Shown here: positions 1 through 9,877 of the stretch, piece by piece | Numbering within the stretch: position 1 is the stretch's first letter | Layout of the letters: each line of letters opens with the position of its first letter | Source of the DNA: Elusimicrobiota bacterium | Lineage (GTDB): Bacteria; Elusimicrobiota; Endomicrobiia; Endomicrobiales; JBDRNC01 | NCBI GenBank assembly: GCA_043811535.1 | Contig: JBDRNC010000027.1 | Coordinates: 21,283 to 85,282, forward strand | Direction: 5' to 3' | DNA: 64,000 bases | Position numbers and translations under genes: made by a program | The notes under the pieces: model-generated | The model's input: only the letters and a program-made list of their open reading frames with translations | What the model was told of the DNA's origin: nothing | The model's database searches: none

Positions 1-1601
1 GCACTTTCCCCAAGCGACTCGTAGATGTTTATGAGGTTCTGCCGGAATAGAAAGTCAAACATCTCATCGTTTCCGGACGAGTGGTCGTCGCCATACCACC
101 AGTTCCAGTCTGAACCTTCGGCAATGTAGAGTTTTTCCCACGCCGCCTTGATCTTGTCAGAATCCTTTTTATCAGGATGAGCTGATGTATATTCGTCCAG
201 GAATTTGCGCGCGTCAAAAAGGTAATCCCACGCGAGATTATCTTCGGAATGGCCTATCCAGATTCCGTAATCCGCGTTTATCCATGAACCCGCGAAGAGC
301 TTGGATAATTCGGCGGAAGGCGGGTTCTTCTCAAGAAAATCGGATATCGTAACGGTTTCAACGGTTTCGTCTTCGCTGAGCGTCTTATAAAGAAGTCTAA
401 GGAAGTCCCAGCCGTCATTAGGATAATATTCCCAGCAGTTTTCCCCGTCCAGAATGACGGAAACAAGGAATTGCTGGTTGGGTACGCTGACAAAATCCAG
501 GTGATCACGTATATTGTGCAGATTCTTCATGAAATCAGCGACGGCGTGTTTAGCATCCCATTTCTGGTAGACAAAGCCGAACGCGTCGGAAAGCCCGTGG
601 TCCCTGAAGATAATATTGATATGCGAGCCGTCGGTTTTTACGGAATACGCCTGGTAGAGTATCTGGCGGGTTTTGCGGTATTCGGGAAGCGTACGGAACA
701 GTATCTCTTCGTCGGTGGCGATCCATTTGATGCCCGCCTGTTCAAAAATAGGCAGGACGTCTTCCGAAACCGAGCCTTCCGCGGGCCACATGCCTCTCGG
801 GGGCCTGCCGAAGCACTGCGTGTAGTATTCAACGGCCTTCCGCACGTGCGTTTGCGCGTCTTCAGGATGCTTGAACCTGTTTTTAGGAAGCGGCATCTGG
901 GGCGTCGAAACAAGCGTGTTATTCGTGTCGCTCAGCAGGGGCAGTATGGGATGATAAAAGGGTGTAGTTGAAATCTCTATCTGCCCTTTATCCTGCAGTT
1001 CCTTGTATTTTCCCACAATCATGCCGCAAATTTCGAGCTGTTTACTGATGAGTTGATGTTTTTCCTCTTCCGTGAAGTTCTTCCCTTTCTCGTAAAGCGA
1101 TTTGACCAGCGCGTCGCGTTCTTTCCAGTAAGGGTCCATCCACGCGAGGTTGAACCATACCTGAAGGTCCCGCATATCCTGCGCCTTAAAATAGTTTTGT
1201 ATCCTTTTAAGTTCTTCCGGCGAGGTCTGCCTGCCCCGTTTTTCAAGAAGCTGAAGGTATCTCGGGTACGGATGGACCATAGTGTCCCAGTTGGCCATGA
1301 AGAAATTGTGCAGTATAAAGATCCTTTCATCCTGAGAGAGTTCCTCGGCTGACTTAAGCGTCAGGTCCATGAATTTATCGCGCGCAACGCCTTTTGCGTA
1401 TTCGTCAAGCTGAAAAAGCAGGGAAGGCACAAGGTTGAAATTAGATTTTATTTTTGGGAATTCATCCAGAATGGCGGCGGTGTCGTAGTAATCCTTGACG
1501 GCGTGGAGACGCACCCACGGGAGTTCGTAAACGCCCGTACCGGGATTTTTATACATTGGCTGGTGCTGATGCCATAGAAATGCAAGGTGAATTTTTTTCA
1601 T
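1..1601 (-). CDS. Glycoside hydrolase family 57 (amylopullulanase-like), 3' end runs off the window
   Basis: Not in the ORF track. Manual translation from ATG at 1601 gives MKKIHLAFLWHQHQPMYKNP...YELPWVRLHAVKDYYD...NFNLVPSLL, carrying the GH57 HxHQP and WVRLH motifs. Confidence 0.9.
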   Translation of the reverse strand, partial: MKKIHLAFLWHQHQPMYKNPGTGVYELPWVRLHAVKDYYDTAAILDEFPKIKSNFNLVPSLLFQLDEYAKGVARDKFMDLTLKSAEELSQDERIFILHNFFMANWDTMVHPYPRYLQLLEKRGRQTSPEELKRIQNYFKAQDMRDLQVWFNLAWMDPYWKERDALVKSLYEKGKNFTEEEKHQLISKQLEICGMIVGKYKELQDKGQIEISTTPFYHPILPLLSDTNNTLVSTPQMPLPKNRFKHPEDAQTHVRKAVEYYTQCFGRPPRGMWPAEGSVSEDVLPIFEQAGIKWIATDEEILFRTLPEYRKTRQILYQAYSVKTDGSHINIIFRDHGLSDAFGFVYQKWDAKHAVADFMKNLHNIRDHLDFVSVPNQQFLVSVILDGENCWEYYPNDGWDFLRLLYKTLSEDETVETVTISDFLEKNPPSAELSKLFAGSWINADYGIWIGHSEDNLAWDYLFDARKFLDEYTSAHPDKKDSDKIKAAWEKLYIAEGSDWNWWYGDDHSSGNDEMFDFLFRQNLINIYESLGES

Positions 1602-1609
1602 TTGGGAGT

Positions 1610-3004
1610 TTAGAATTTTGCGGTCATCTCAAAGGCGTAGCGGTCAACCGGGTCTTGATAGGGCTGCCAGAAATCTTCGGACGCGGGAGGTATATACCGG
1701 CCATAGGACAATTTTAATGACGCGTATTTATTCAGCGTGAGTTTCGCCGCTAAATCCAGCTCGTTGCCGAGAGAATACCGCCCGCCGAATCTCTGTTCAA
1801 TCCAGGTTGTATCCTTTCCCGCGGCGCCGCGCGATGCCGAGAACCAGAAATGGTCCGCGCTGAGGGTCCACATATCCAGAGGCATTACGGAGACTCCCAG
1901 ATTCAGGGTATTGATGCCGGAATACTCCGGATTCAGCGCTGCAAAAGAGTCAAAGGGCGTGGCTCCGAACAATTCGCCGTAAACGCCCTTTTTAAAACCG
2001 TCCCATCTTTTCGTGTGATCCGGCGTAAAAGCAGTTTCTTCGTCTGTCAGAGTTCCTATTGATTCGCTGCCGGAAAACGCGGCGCACAGCGCGCGCGCTT
2101 CGATTTTGCCGAGTTTCGTATTTTCCCGCAGCAGCGTGCCTTTCATAACCATACCGGTCCCGTTGAACATGATAGTGTTGAGGTCCGGTTTTCTCATGAA
2201 ACCGTTCTGCCTTGCGTACTCGAACGAGTAGGAACCGTATTCCAACCGCCTGGAAATCCTTAAATCGTAGAATTGCTTCAATATTGATATAACCGGCACG
2301 CTGACCGTGCCGCGGGTGTACGGGGTATGGGAATAGTCCCTTGAATCGAAATAGCCTATCTCAACTTCATGCCGGCTGATTTCCATTGCCGCCGAACCGC
2401 CGAAAATATCATTATCGGTATCCTCGTGCACGCTTTCCGAGATTTTTGACATGAAAGCCCTGAATTTGGAAGGTAGCTTTATAGAGCCGTATTTAAAGCG
2501 CTTACCCGGAGCCCATGAGACGTACGGTATAGGTATTTGAAGTGAACCGTCGAGTTCAATTACGTTAAAACCTATGCCGTTGTCGGCGATTATCAATCCG
2601 TCCCCGAATTCCAGAGGCACTTTGCCTACGGTCAGATCCATCTCTGAATCGGCTATGCCGCTGAGCTTGACGTATGCGTTTTCCACGAAAGGCGTAAAAT
2701 CAGTTCTTGGATAAGGGGCGTTGAAAAAATTTGTCGCGGCTCCCTGTATCTCCATCGCTGTTATCCTCGAGCCGATCTCAACGCCCGGGCTGAATTTTCC
2801 CCCTATGGAAATTCTGACGCGTTGTTCGTAATAATTCAGAGTGTCCGAGGATGTCGCGCTGTTATAATCAAGGTTGGAGAAATTGATGCTCTTAAGCCGG
2901 TATTCGGTTTCAATGGAAAGCGAGTCGGCTCCCAACGCAGGCCGCGCCATGCCAGCAGGGAATGCAATCAGTGATAATAGAAGTACCGGAAAAATCCTTT
3001 TCAT
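1610..3004 (-). CDS. Outer-membrane beta-barrel, alginate-export (AlgE)-like porin
   Basis: Signal peptide, amphipathic strands, LGNELDL motif near the C-terminus, terminal Phe. Paralog of 3140..4510. Confidence 0.6.
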   Translation of the reverse strand: MKRIFPVLLLSLIAFPAGMARPALGADSLSIETEYRLKSINFSNLDYNSATSSDTLNYYEQRVRISIGGKFSPGVEIGSRITAMEIQGAATNFFNAPYPRTDFTPFVENAYVKLSGIADSEMDLTVGKVPLEFGDGLIIADNGIGFNVIELDGSLQIPIPYVSWAPGKRFKYGSIKLPSKFRAFMSKISESVHEDTDNDIFGGSAAMEISRHEVEIGYFDSRDYSHTPYTRGTVSVPVISILKQFYDLRISRRLEYGSYSFEYARQNGFMRKPDLNTIMFNGTGMVMKGTLLRENTKLGKIEARALCAAFSGSESIGTLTDEETAFTPDHTKRWDGFKKGVYGELFGATPFDSFAALNPEYSGINTLNLGVSVMPLDMWTLSADHFWFSASRGAAGKDTTWIEQRFGGRYSLGNELDLAAKLTLNKYASLKLSYGRYIPPASEDFWQPYQDPVDRYAFEMTAKF

Positions 3005-3139
3005 TTGTTAAATCTCCGTCGGGTAAATTCTATGTAGAATATACAAAATAATACGTGCTTTGTAAATGGAGACCGTTGGAAAAATCCTTAACAGTCTTGT
3101 AATCGTTCTTTTTAATCTGTGTAATCGTAGTTAACAAAC

Positions 3140-4510
3140 TTAAAACCTGGATAATACCTCCAGGGCATAACGGTCTAGAGGGTCGAGTTTCGGCCAATAA
3201 ATGAGAAAAGAAGGAGGCGTGTAGCGGTCATACGAGAATTTCATTTCGGTGTATTTATTGAGAACAAGCTTGGCGCTGAGGTCCATTTCTATGCCGAGAG
3301 AATACTCAGCGCCGAAAATCCTTTCAAATCCGGAAGCCGGCGGGCCGCCGTTCGGTCCCATTGAAGCCGAATAAAGATAGTAATTCACGCCGAACGTCCA
3401 GGCGTAAAGCGGCGAGAAGTCCGCTCCCAGGCTTAAAGTGTTTACGCCTGAATACTGGCCGGGTATGCCCTTGAACGATCCCTGCGGCGTGGCGCCGAAC
3501 AGCTCGCCGTATCCCCCCTGTTCGAACCCATCCCACCTTTTCGTCTGTGACGGAGAGAACGATTCATCAGCGTCATCAAGCGAAGTTACATTGTCGTCGC
3601 CGCTGTTTATGGCGAAAAAGGCTTTCGCCTCGACTCTGCCGAGTCTCGTGTTATCACCAATAAGTTTTCCGGCCATTTTGTAGGCCATGCCGTCAAGTTT
3701 GACATTAACCATGTCGTCTTTTATGATCTGCCCGTTCTGCTTGATCAATTCAAACGAGTATTCGGCCTGCTTTTCGTATGTGCCTAACTTGAAATCATAG
3801 TATTGTTTCAGTATAGACCTTGTGGGGCTCGACAGTACGCCCTGCGTGTATTCCGTTCCAGTGTAGTCGCGTTCTTCAAAAAATCCGAAATCAAAAAGCG
3901 AACCCTTTTTCAGGTCGATCTGCCCGGTGCCCCCGTATAAATTTATCTTGTTGTTCGCCTCCGGACGGATGTAATTGGGCACTCTGGCGGTGAAAATCTC
4001 TCCCTTGAACGGGATATCTTTGCGAAGTAAAGGTACCGGAATCACGTAGGACCCGGAAAGCTTCAGCGCGTTGAAACCCATGCCGTTGTCCGAGATGATA
4101 AGCCCGTCGGCGTATTCCATCGGGATCTTGCCCGCGGTAAGGTCAAGGCCAGAATCTGCGATGTTTAGCATCCGGACATAGGCGTTCTCAATATATGGAA
4201 TAAAATTGGTGAGCGGATACGGCGCGTTGAAATAATTCGTTGTGGTTCCGACAAATCCGATTGCCGTGATCTTGGATCCGATTTCAACATTAGCGCCGAA
4301 TTTGCCCTTTATCGATATCTGAAGCCGCTGGTCGTAAAAATTCAAAGCGTCGGTTGAAGTGGTTTTATCGTAATCAAGGTTGGAGTAATTAATGCCTCTT
4401 AGCCGGTAGTCGGTGTCCACTGTCAGAGAATCGCCAAATAAGCGGGAAGACGGAAGAAGGAAGATGGAAGCCGAAAAAACGACCATTAAAACCTTATAAT
4501 AAAAACGCAT
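3140..4510 (-). CDS. Outer-membrane beta-barrel, alginate-export-like porin (paralog)
   Basis: Signal peptide, LGIEMDL motif, terminal Phe. Aligns along its length with the 1610..3004 product. Confidence 0.6.
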   Translation of the reverse strand: MRFYYKVLMVVFSASIFLLPSSRLFGDSLTVDTDYRLRGINYSNLDYDKTTSTDALNFYDQRLQISIKGKFGANVEIGSKITAIGFVGTTTNYFNAPYPLTNFIPYIENAYVRMLNIADSGLDLTAGKIPMEYADGLIISDNGMGFNALKLSGSYVIPVPLLRKDIPFKGEIFTARVPNYIRPEANNKINLYGGTGQIDLKKGSLFDFGFFEERDYTGTEYTQGVLSSPTRSILKQYYDFKLGTYEKQAEYSFELIKQNGQIIKDDMVNVKLDGMAYKMAGKLIGDNTRLGRVEAKAFFAINSGDDNVTSLDDADESFSPSQTKRWDGFEQGGYGELFGATPQGSFKGIPGQYSGVNTLSLGADFSPLYAWTFGVNYYLYSASMGPNGGPPASGFERIFGAEYSLGIEMDLSAKLVLNKYTEMKFSYDRYTPPSFLIYWPKLDPLDRYALEVLSRF

Positions 4511-4574
4511 GGTTATCTTTGAATTTCCGACGTGAAAGACCCAATAAATATACTAAATATAAGAGGGTTTGTCC

Positions 4575-4627
4575 ACCCCGTTAGAGGCAAAACGCCCTTG
4601 CAGTATATTGTATGCCTCTAACGGGGT
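4575..4627. repeat. ACCCCGTTAGA...TCTAACGGGGT palindromic element, intergenic copy
   Basis: Perfect 15-bp inverted repeat ACCCCGTTAGAGGCA / TGCCTCTAACGGGGT. Similar termini to the hflX insertion. Confidence 0.85.
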
Positions 4628-4642
4628 AAAGGAGGAAGACTG

Positions 4643-4856
4643 CTGATGGCCAAATTGCTGAACGGCCAAACGGTCGAAATAAGTTCAGAAGAAGTTAGCC
4701 ATATAGCCATTTAGCAATTTAGCCATTTAGCATGGTAGAAAGGGACTTAAGTCCCTTAACTACATTAATTATATAAATATCTAAGACGGGTTGCGGCACT
4801 TAAGTGCTGCCTATGTTTTTACAGCCATTTAACAATTTAGCAATTTAACCATTTAG
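4643..4856. repeat. 8-nt periodic repeats (TTAGCCAT/TTAGCAAT) with nested REP-like palindromes
   Basis: Arrays at 4695-4733 and 4819-4856, degenerate inverse arm at 4643-4677. Palindromes AAGGGACTTAAGTCCCTT (4740-4757) and GCGGCACTTAAGTGCTGC (4793-4810). Confidence 0.75.
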
Positions 4857-4859
4857 GTG

Positions 4860-6707
4860 TTAGTTCACCTTTTTCCCCTCGTTCAGTTCCTGCCTTACCT
4901 TCTCAAGCGCCTGTTTCGCCTTTTCGTGCGCCGGGTTGAACCTTAGGGCGATCTCCCACATTTTGGCCGCGATTGAGAGCTTGCCCTGCGCGTAAAGGAT
5001 CAGCCCCTGGTCATATTTCTTGTCAGCGGCTTTAAAGTCAATCTCCTTTTCTCTTTCGGTATCTTGCAGGGTGTCCTGGTTTTGCAGGACTGATTTTGAA
5101 AGCCCGTCAACCGAGTTTTTAATGTACGTGTCGGCTTTTGACATCCATTCAACAGAGCTTCTCAGTTTTTTCAGCTCGCAGGTTTTCTTCGCTTTTTCCA
5201 TTTTCCTGATGCATTGCACCCATTTTCCGTTTTCGTAGTGTTTCACGCCTTGTTCGAATATCGCGGAAACATTTTCTTCTGATTCCTTTTCTTTTAAGCG
5301 GGCCTCGGCGTCCGAAAGCAGTGTCTTTGTTTTCAATATGTATTCCGCGATTTCCGCCCTGTTAGGGTCAATGGCGGACACTTTTTCCCATTGGTTTAGG
5401 GCGTCTCCCATGTTGTTTTTATAGTAGCTGAAATAGCCCTTTGCGTAAGCTATTTCTTCAAAATCGGGTTCATTCGCGTTTTTGGCGGTTTCCGCCATCA
5501 ATTCTGAGACGGCATTGTGGAGTTTCACAGCCGGCTCGTATTCAGGATGAACCAGTATGAGTTCTTTCAGACGGTCTGTGGCCTTCAGATATTTTTTCCC
5601 TTTGATATCTTTTTTGATTCCTTTCATTTCCGGAGAAAGCATTGTTTCAAGCGCCTGTCTTTCCTTGCGGTCATCTTCCTGTTTCAGCAGGGCTTCTTTT
5701 AGCAGCGTATTACCTTCGGGGACCCGGATATTCTGTGTTTCGTTCAGCGCGTTGCCCGAAGTATGCCTTCCGAAGGAATATGTAAAGCCCATCCTGTGAA
5801 AAAGCGAGAACGCCGAAATATCGGCCGCATAATCCACGCGCCAGTTGACGCGGGTCCTAAAGCCCAGTCCGGCCGTAATGTGATCGGCATAAATCCCGGC
5901 GCGCAGGAAATATGTGTTCAAAGCCCGGTACTCCGCGCCGCATCTGATATACTTCCTGTTTTCTTCATTCACGAAGCTTGCAAGAAGCGCCAGATTGTCA
6001 AAGTAAAGGTTTTTCATGCCAGGTTTGTAAATGAATGTTAACGGCACGGAAAAGGCAGTTTCTATGAGATAGATTCTTTCGTAACGCTCTTCTTCCGAAA
6101 TTAATCTGAAGGAGGGCTGTATCAGGTTTTGGACGGCGGCGCCTACGGATATTTTACTTTCCTTCCCGAAAACATTCGGCCCCGAGAAATCCCCGGAAAG
6201 CCCGAAATCCGCCGCCGCGCTCTTTCCTGAATAACCGTATAAACCTAAATGAAGATATTTAATGTTTATGCCCGCGTTCAAACCATAGAACTTCTCAATA
6301 TGCATGGCAAATGAGCCGATGAACGCTGTCTGACCCGCGAAAGCGGTTTCCGGCGCGTCGTTAAGGTGTTTTCTTATTTCAATCCCGCCGCTGCGCAGGT
6401 TTACGACTGACAGGCCGGCGGCGCAGTTATTGCCAAGCAGCAAGCCGGCCCCCGCGTAATTGTAAATGCTTCCTTCGAAAAGCATGAAATGCGCCAGATT
6501 TATGTTGTTTTGCTCCATTTCCGCAAGGTGCGCCGGATTGTAAAAAGAAGCCGAGACATCCGCGTCGCCGGCAAATACGGTCTCGCCGCGGCCGAACGCC
6601 GCGGCCGACGGCCCGTGAGAAAGAAAATTCGCGCGATAACCGGCATACGAGCTGGAATAACAAATGACGAGAAAATAAACGACGGACTTAAATCGTTTTA
6701 ACTTCAT
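4860..6707 (-). CDS. PorV/PorQ-like beta-barrel fused to C-terminal TPRs
   Basis: N-terminal FL..GPSAAAFGRGE...ASFYNPAHLA motif typical of PorV/FadL-like barrels, then a helical TPR tail. Start placed at ATG 6707 behind a GGGGG RBS. Confidence 0.7.
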   Translation of the reverse strand: MKLKRFKSVVYFLVICYSSSYAGYRANFLSHGPSAAAFGRGETVFAGDADVSASFYNPAHLAEMEQNNINLAHFMLFEGSIYNYAGAGLLLGNNCAAGLSVVNLRSGGIEIRKHLNDAPETAFAGQTAFIGSFAMHIEKFYGLNAGINIKYLHLGLYGYSGKSAAADFGLSGDFSGPNVFGKESKISVGAAVQNLIQPSFRLISEEERYERIYLIETAFSVPLTFIYKPGMKNLYFDNLALLASFVNEENRKYIRCGAEYRALNTYFLRAGIYADHITAGLGFRTRVNWRVDYAADISAFSLFHRMGFTYSFGRHTSGNALNETQNIRVPEGNTLLKEALLKQEDDRKERQALETMLSPEMKGIKKDIKGKKYLKATDRLKELILVHPEYEPAVKLHNAVSELMAETAKNANEPDFEEIAYAKGYFSYYKNNMGDALNQWEKVSAIDPNRAEIAEYILKTKTLLSDAEARLKEKESEENVSAIFEQGVKHYENGKWVQCIRKMEKAKKTCELKKLRSSVEWMSKADTYIKNSVDGLSKSVLQNQDTLQDTEREKEIDFKAADKKYDQGLILYAQGKLSIAAKMWEIALRFNPAHEKAKQALEKVRQELNEGKKVN

Positions 6708-6721
6708 GTTTCCCCCAATGC

Positions 6722-7200
6722 AATACAAATACTAAACACTAAAAACTAAATACTAAATAAATCAAAAACTCAAATATTTAATACACAATAACAACAAGAC
6801 TACCTACATTTTTCCACTATAGACCCAAATATCTTAGTTAATTCAAGAGCTTCTTGATATAATTCCTGTTTTTTGAACTCTTGTTCCTGCAAAGGATCGC
6901 TTAATGCAAGCCAATATCTAGTCTCTTTTGCCTCTTTCCTGCAAATCTTGATTCTCATTACGAAGTCTTTTCTGCTCAATCGTTCTTCAGCTTCGATGAA
7001 ATTGGCGCCTACTGAACAAGCCGATCTTGCAAGTTGCTTGCTGATTTCATTATTTGTAAGAGTTTTTGGTAATTCCTTAACATATGCAATCGCGTTACCG
7101 GCAAATCTTAATGTTCTTGGTCCTAAATCGTATTTCTTGGAATTTTGAGTATTATTCATTTGTGTTTATTTAGTTTTTAGTGTTTAGAACTTAGTGTTTA
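6722..7200. mobile_element. Putative four-helix-bundle cassette bounded by inverted 7-nt periodic arms (TAAACAC/TAAATAC)
   Basis: The left arm (6727-6790) and right arm (7140-7200) are reverse-complementary heptamer arrays around the ORF. Confidence 0.55.
6800..7159 (-). CDS. Four helix bundle protein (23S rRNA IVS / Avd-like family)
   Basis: Motif QLARSACSVGANFIEA...SRKDF...KICRKEAKETRYWL. Confidence 0.92.
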   Translation of the reverse strand: MNNTQNSKKYDLGPRTLRFAGNAIAYVKELPKTLTNNEISKQLARSACSVGANFIEAEERLSRKDFVMRIKICRKEAKETRYWLALSDPLQEQEFKKQELYQEALELTKIFGSIVEKCR

Positions 7201-9564
7201 TTTTATTACCAGTATCCTGCAACTGTCCCTTGATTCCCTTCCCCCGTATTTTTTGACTATTATGCAGCAGTACGTGCCGTTGTAAAGCGCTTCGCCGGCA
7301 TTGTCTTTTCCGTCGTAAGCGACCTCATTTGACCCTTTAGGCAGGCCGTAAAAGGCGCCGCGCCAGCATAGGTCGCCGAACTCGCTCAGGATGTTTATTT
7401 CAGCGCTTCCTGTTTCCGGCATGTCAAAAACAATGGATGTTGAATTCTTTCCGGGACTGAACGGGTTCGGGTAATTGAAGGCCTTCTCTACTTTCGCCAG
7501 GGTTTTAAAACTGTATACCTGGCTTTTGCAGCCGACGCCGAATTCGTCCACCGCTTCTACCTGCCAGAAATATTCCCTCCCGCAATCCAGCTCGTTGATT
7601 TCGCACGAGTCAGCTTCGCCTTCATAGATAAGTTTCATGGATGAGGCATCAGTTCCCATGTATAATCTGTATGTGAGCCTGCCTCCGTCCTGGTCGGTTC
7701 CGCTCCAGTTCAATACGACCTTTCCCGAAGAAACCGTAGAGTTCCCGGGTATCCCCCTGTTTTCGGGGTTTTCCGGCCGTCTTGTAACCGCGAATGAGCT
7801 AAGTTCAAGCGAATATTCTTCGGAAAACTGCGCGTTCATTACCGAGTACCTGTATAAATATATCCCCACGGGAAGTTCGAGCGTTTTTTCGTAGAGCCAT
7901 CCGGTCCCTTGCGCGCCTTTCAGGTCAAGTGTTTCGGTTAACTGAGAAGCGCTCCCTTTAAGCCAATAGGTGAGCTTAGGATATCCCGCGGAAGGCATGG
8001 AGTCATAGTAATCGTAATACACGAGCCTGAAACAGGGAGTTTGTTCTTCGTAAACGCTGACAAAGTATCTGTCATGGCACCATTCAAGTATCGGCAGAGG
8101 GCTGTTAGTGACGTCGGGCGCGGTTATCTCGCCTGATACCCCCTGCGCCCCGAAAGTATCGATAGCCGCGAAATAATAGGAATAATCCAGACCGATGAAA
8201 AGGGTTGTCGAAGAAAAATAGATTTTCCCGTCGGAGAAGCAGTTATCCGACAAATCGTTTTCGGTCATGATAAACGGGCTCCCGGGCATCTCAGCGCCGC
8301 CTTTTTTAATATGAAGTTCAGGATATCCGGGTTTCGGAGGATCGTTTTCCGGGTCGGAGTATTTTACGCGATAGATAAATACCGTGTTTGTCGAGCCGAG
8401 AATGAAGTTTACTCCGCTTGATTCATATCCCGCTTCGCCTGTGTATGAAAGCGCCGGCGCCGAATTATCCCTTGAAAAATCCTGGTCTGATTGATGCGTT
8501 TGAAGGTTGGTATAAACGCGGACAGCCGGATTGAAGCTGTAATAAGCGTAACTTGAAGGCGTTACGGCGTAGTTCCCGCCGAACGTGACGCCTGCGAATT
8601 CATAATACCCCAAAGCGTTCGTATGGGTTATGCGGTTTTCCGTCCCCGTAAGTTCCACTTTGACGCCCTGCAAGGTGCTGCCTGAGGGGCCCCTGACATA
8701 GCCCTTGATGTCGGGCTGTATCACGACCGGCCCGGAAAGAGTTGAAGTGTTGTTTGCTGAAAGCCAGCCGTCAGTTGCTTCAAGGTAATATGTGTAGTCA
8801 GCGCCTGCCGCAAGTGTTCTTGAATATGAATAGAATTTTCCGTCGGAAAATACCATATCGGCAGGATCTGTTTCGCTCATCGCGAAAGGACTGCCGGATA
8901 TCTCAGCGCCGCTTTTCATAATACGGACTTTCGGGTATCCAGCGGCAGGCGCGTCGTTATCGCCGTCAGCGTAGTTGACACGCCACGTAAAAACCTGCGA
9001 GGCCATGCCGCCTTCGGGATTTAACCCGTCGGCCTCATATCCTGACTCACCCGTCCAGTTGAGAACCGGCTTTTTATCGGCTTCGAGCAGAATGTCGTCA
9101 AACCAGGTATTGTCAATTCCGTTCAACATGTCGCAGTATACGCGGATTTTGGCGGAAGCAACGGGAATGATGACGGGACCCCTGTAGTACCAATTATAGC
9201 TGCCCGGGCCATTGTTGGCGTAAACATCGTTCCAGGAAGAGGTATAACAAGATATTTTAGTAATTGTCGCACCGCTTGTTTTCCTCTCGTAAAACGACAA
9301 TCTCGCGGCATCAAAAGCGGAAACGCTGATGTCCCTAGTCATTGACGGGTAAGGATTGCTGTCTTTCCTGACTGTTACGATTGAATAAGGAGTTGTCTGG
9401 AAGGAAGAAGTGTCCCTGGCGAAAGAAGAAACGGTGATTGACCAGTTAAGCGGGAAATTATCGCCCGATTCGTTGAATATGACGGTTCCCGCGGCGGATA
9501 GGCTGGCTGGCAAGACAGCAGAAAGGAATAGTAGCAACAGAACTGCAGATTGTATGACCCCCAT
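7198..9564 (-). CDS. Secreted multidomain surface protein (repeated beta domains, carboxypeptidase-regulatory-like, FN3, C-terminal YPNP/FlgD-like sorting domain)
   Basis: Signal peptide from ATG 9564. Two to three internal repeats (GYP...GAEx.GSPF.M...FSDGK.Y). C-terminus AFNYPNPF...YDGKDNAGE.LYNGTY. Confidence 0.7.
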   Translation of the reverse strand: MGVIQSAVLLLLFLSAVLPASLSAAGTVIFNESGDNFPLNWSITVSSFARDTSSFQTTPYSIVTVRKDSNPYPSMTRDISVSAFDAARLSFYERKTSGATITKISCYTSSWNDVYANNGPGSYNWYYRGPVIIPVASAKIRVYCDMLNGIDNTWFDDILLEADKKPVLNWTGESGYEADGLNPEGGMASQVFTWRVNYADGDNDAPAAGYPKVRIMKSGAEISGSPFAMSETDPADMVFSDGKFYSYSRTLAAGADYTYYLEATDGWLSANNTSTLSGPVVIQPDIKGYVRGPSGSTLQGVKVELTGTENRITHTNALGYYEFAGVTFGGNYAVTPSSYAYYSFNPAVRVYTNLQTHQSDQDFSRDNSAPALSYTGEAGYESSGVNFILGSTNTVFIYRVKYSDPENDPPKPGYPELHIKKGGAEMPGSPFIMTENDLSDNCFSDGKIYFSSTTLFIGLDYSYYFAAIDTFGAQGVSGEITAPDVTNSPLPILEWCHDRYFVSVYEEQTPCFRLVYYDYYDSMPSAGYPKLTYWLKGSASQLTETLDLKGAQGTGWLYEKTLELPVGIYLYRYSVMNAQFSEEYSLELSSFAVTRRPENPENRGIPGNSTVSSGKVVLNWSGTDQDGGRLTYRLYMGTDASSMKLIYEGEADSCEINELDCGREYFWQVEAVDEFGVGCKSQVYSFKTLAKVEKAFNYPNPFSPGKNSTSIVFDMPETGSAEINILSEFGDLCWRGAFYGLPKGSNEVAYDGKDNAGEALYNGTYCCIIVKKYGGRESRDSCRILVIK

Positions 9565-9621
9565 TTTTTCCCCCTCGCCCTGCAACCTTTGTGGTGCAGG
9601 GCTATTACATTGCGGTACCAA

Positions 9622-9877
9622 TCCACCTTCACCCCTATTTCACTTCCGAAGTGGCGAAGGACTCTTCGGAAGTGGATACGGTGGGGCTACGGCGGACAGG
9701 AACGTCCCGCGGAACGAAGTGGAGCGGGATTTCGCATACGGCAATTTATAACAACACTTAAGTACATATGCCCAATCCCGGATTACTTCGTAATCGGGAT
9801 TTCGCAAAAGGCAATTTAATAACAACACTTTAGGTGCTCAATCCACCTACGCCCCAAAAACGGGACTTCGGCGGATT
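9622..9877. repeat. Cluster of nested palindromic elements, including two ~70-bp ATCCCG-loop-CGGGAT units
   Basis: TCCACCTTCACCCC[CACTTCCGAAG..CTTCGGAAGTG]GGGGCTACGGCGGA. CGGGATTTCGCA...AACAACACTT occurs twice with a period of 70. Confidence 0.75.

Noticed and set aside
9700..9841. Integron attC sites
   Set aside because: I could not find paired RYYYAAC/GTTRRRY ends enclosing the stems, and there is no integrase or cassette ORF between units.
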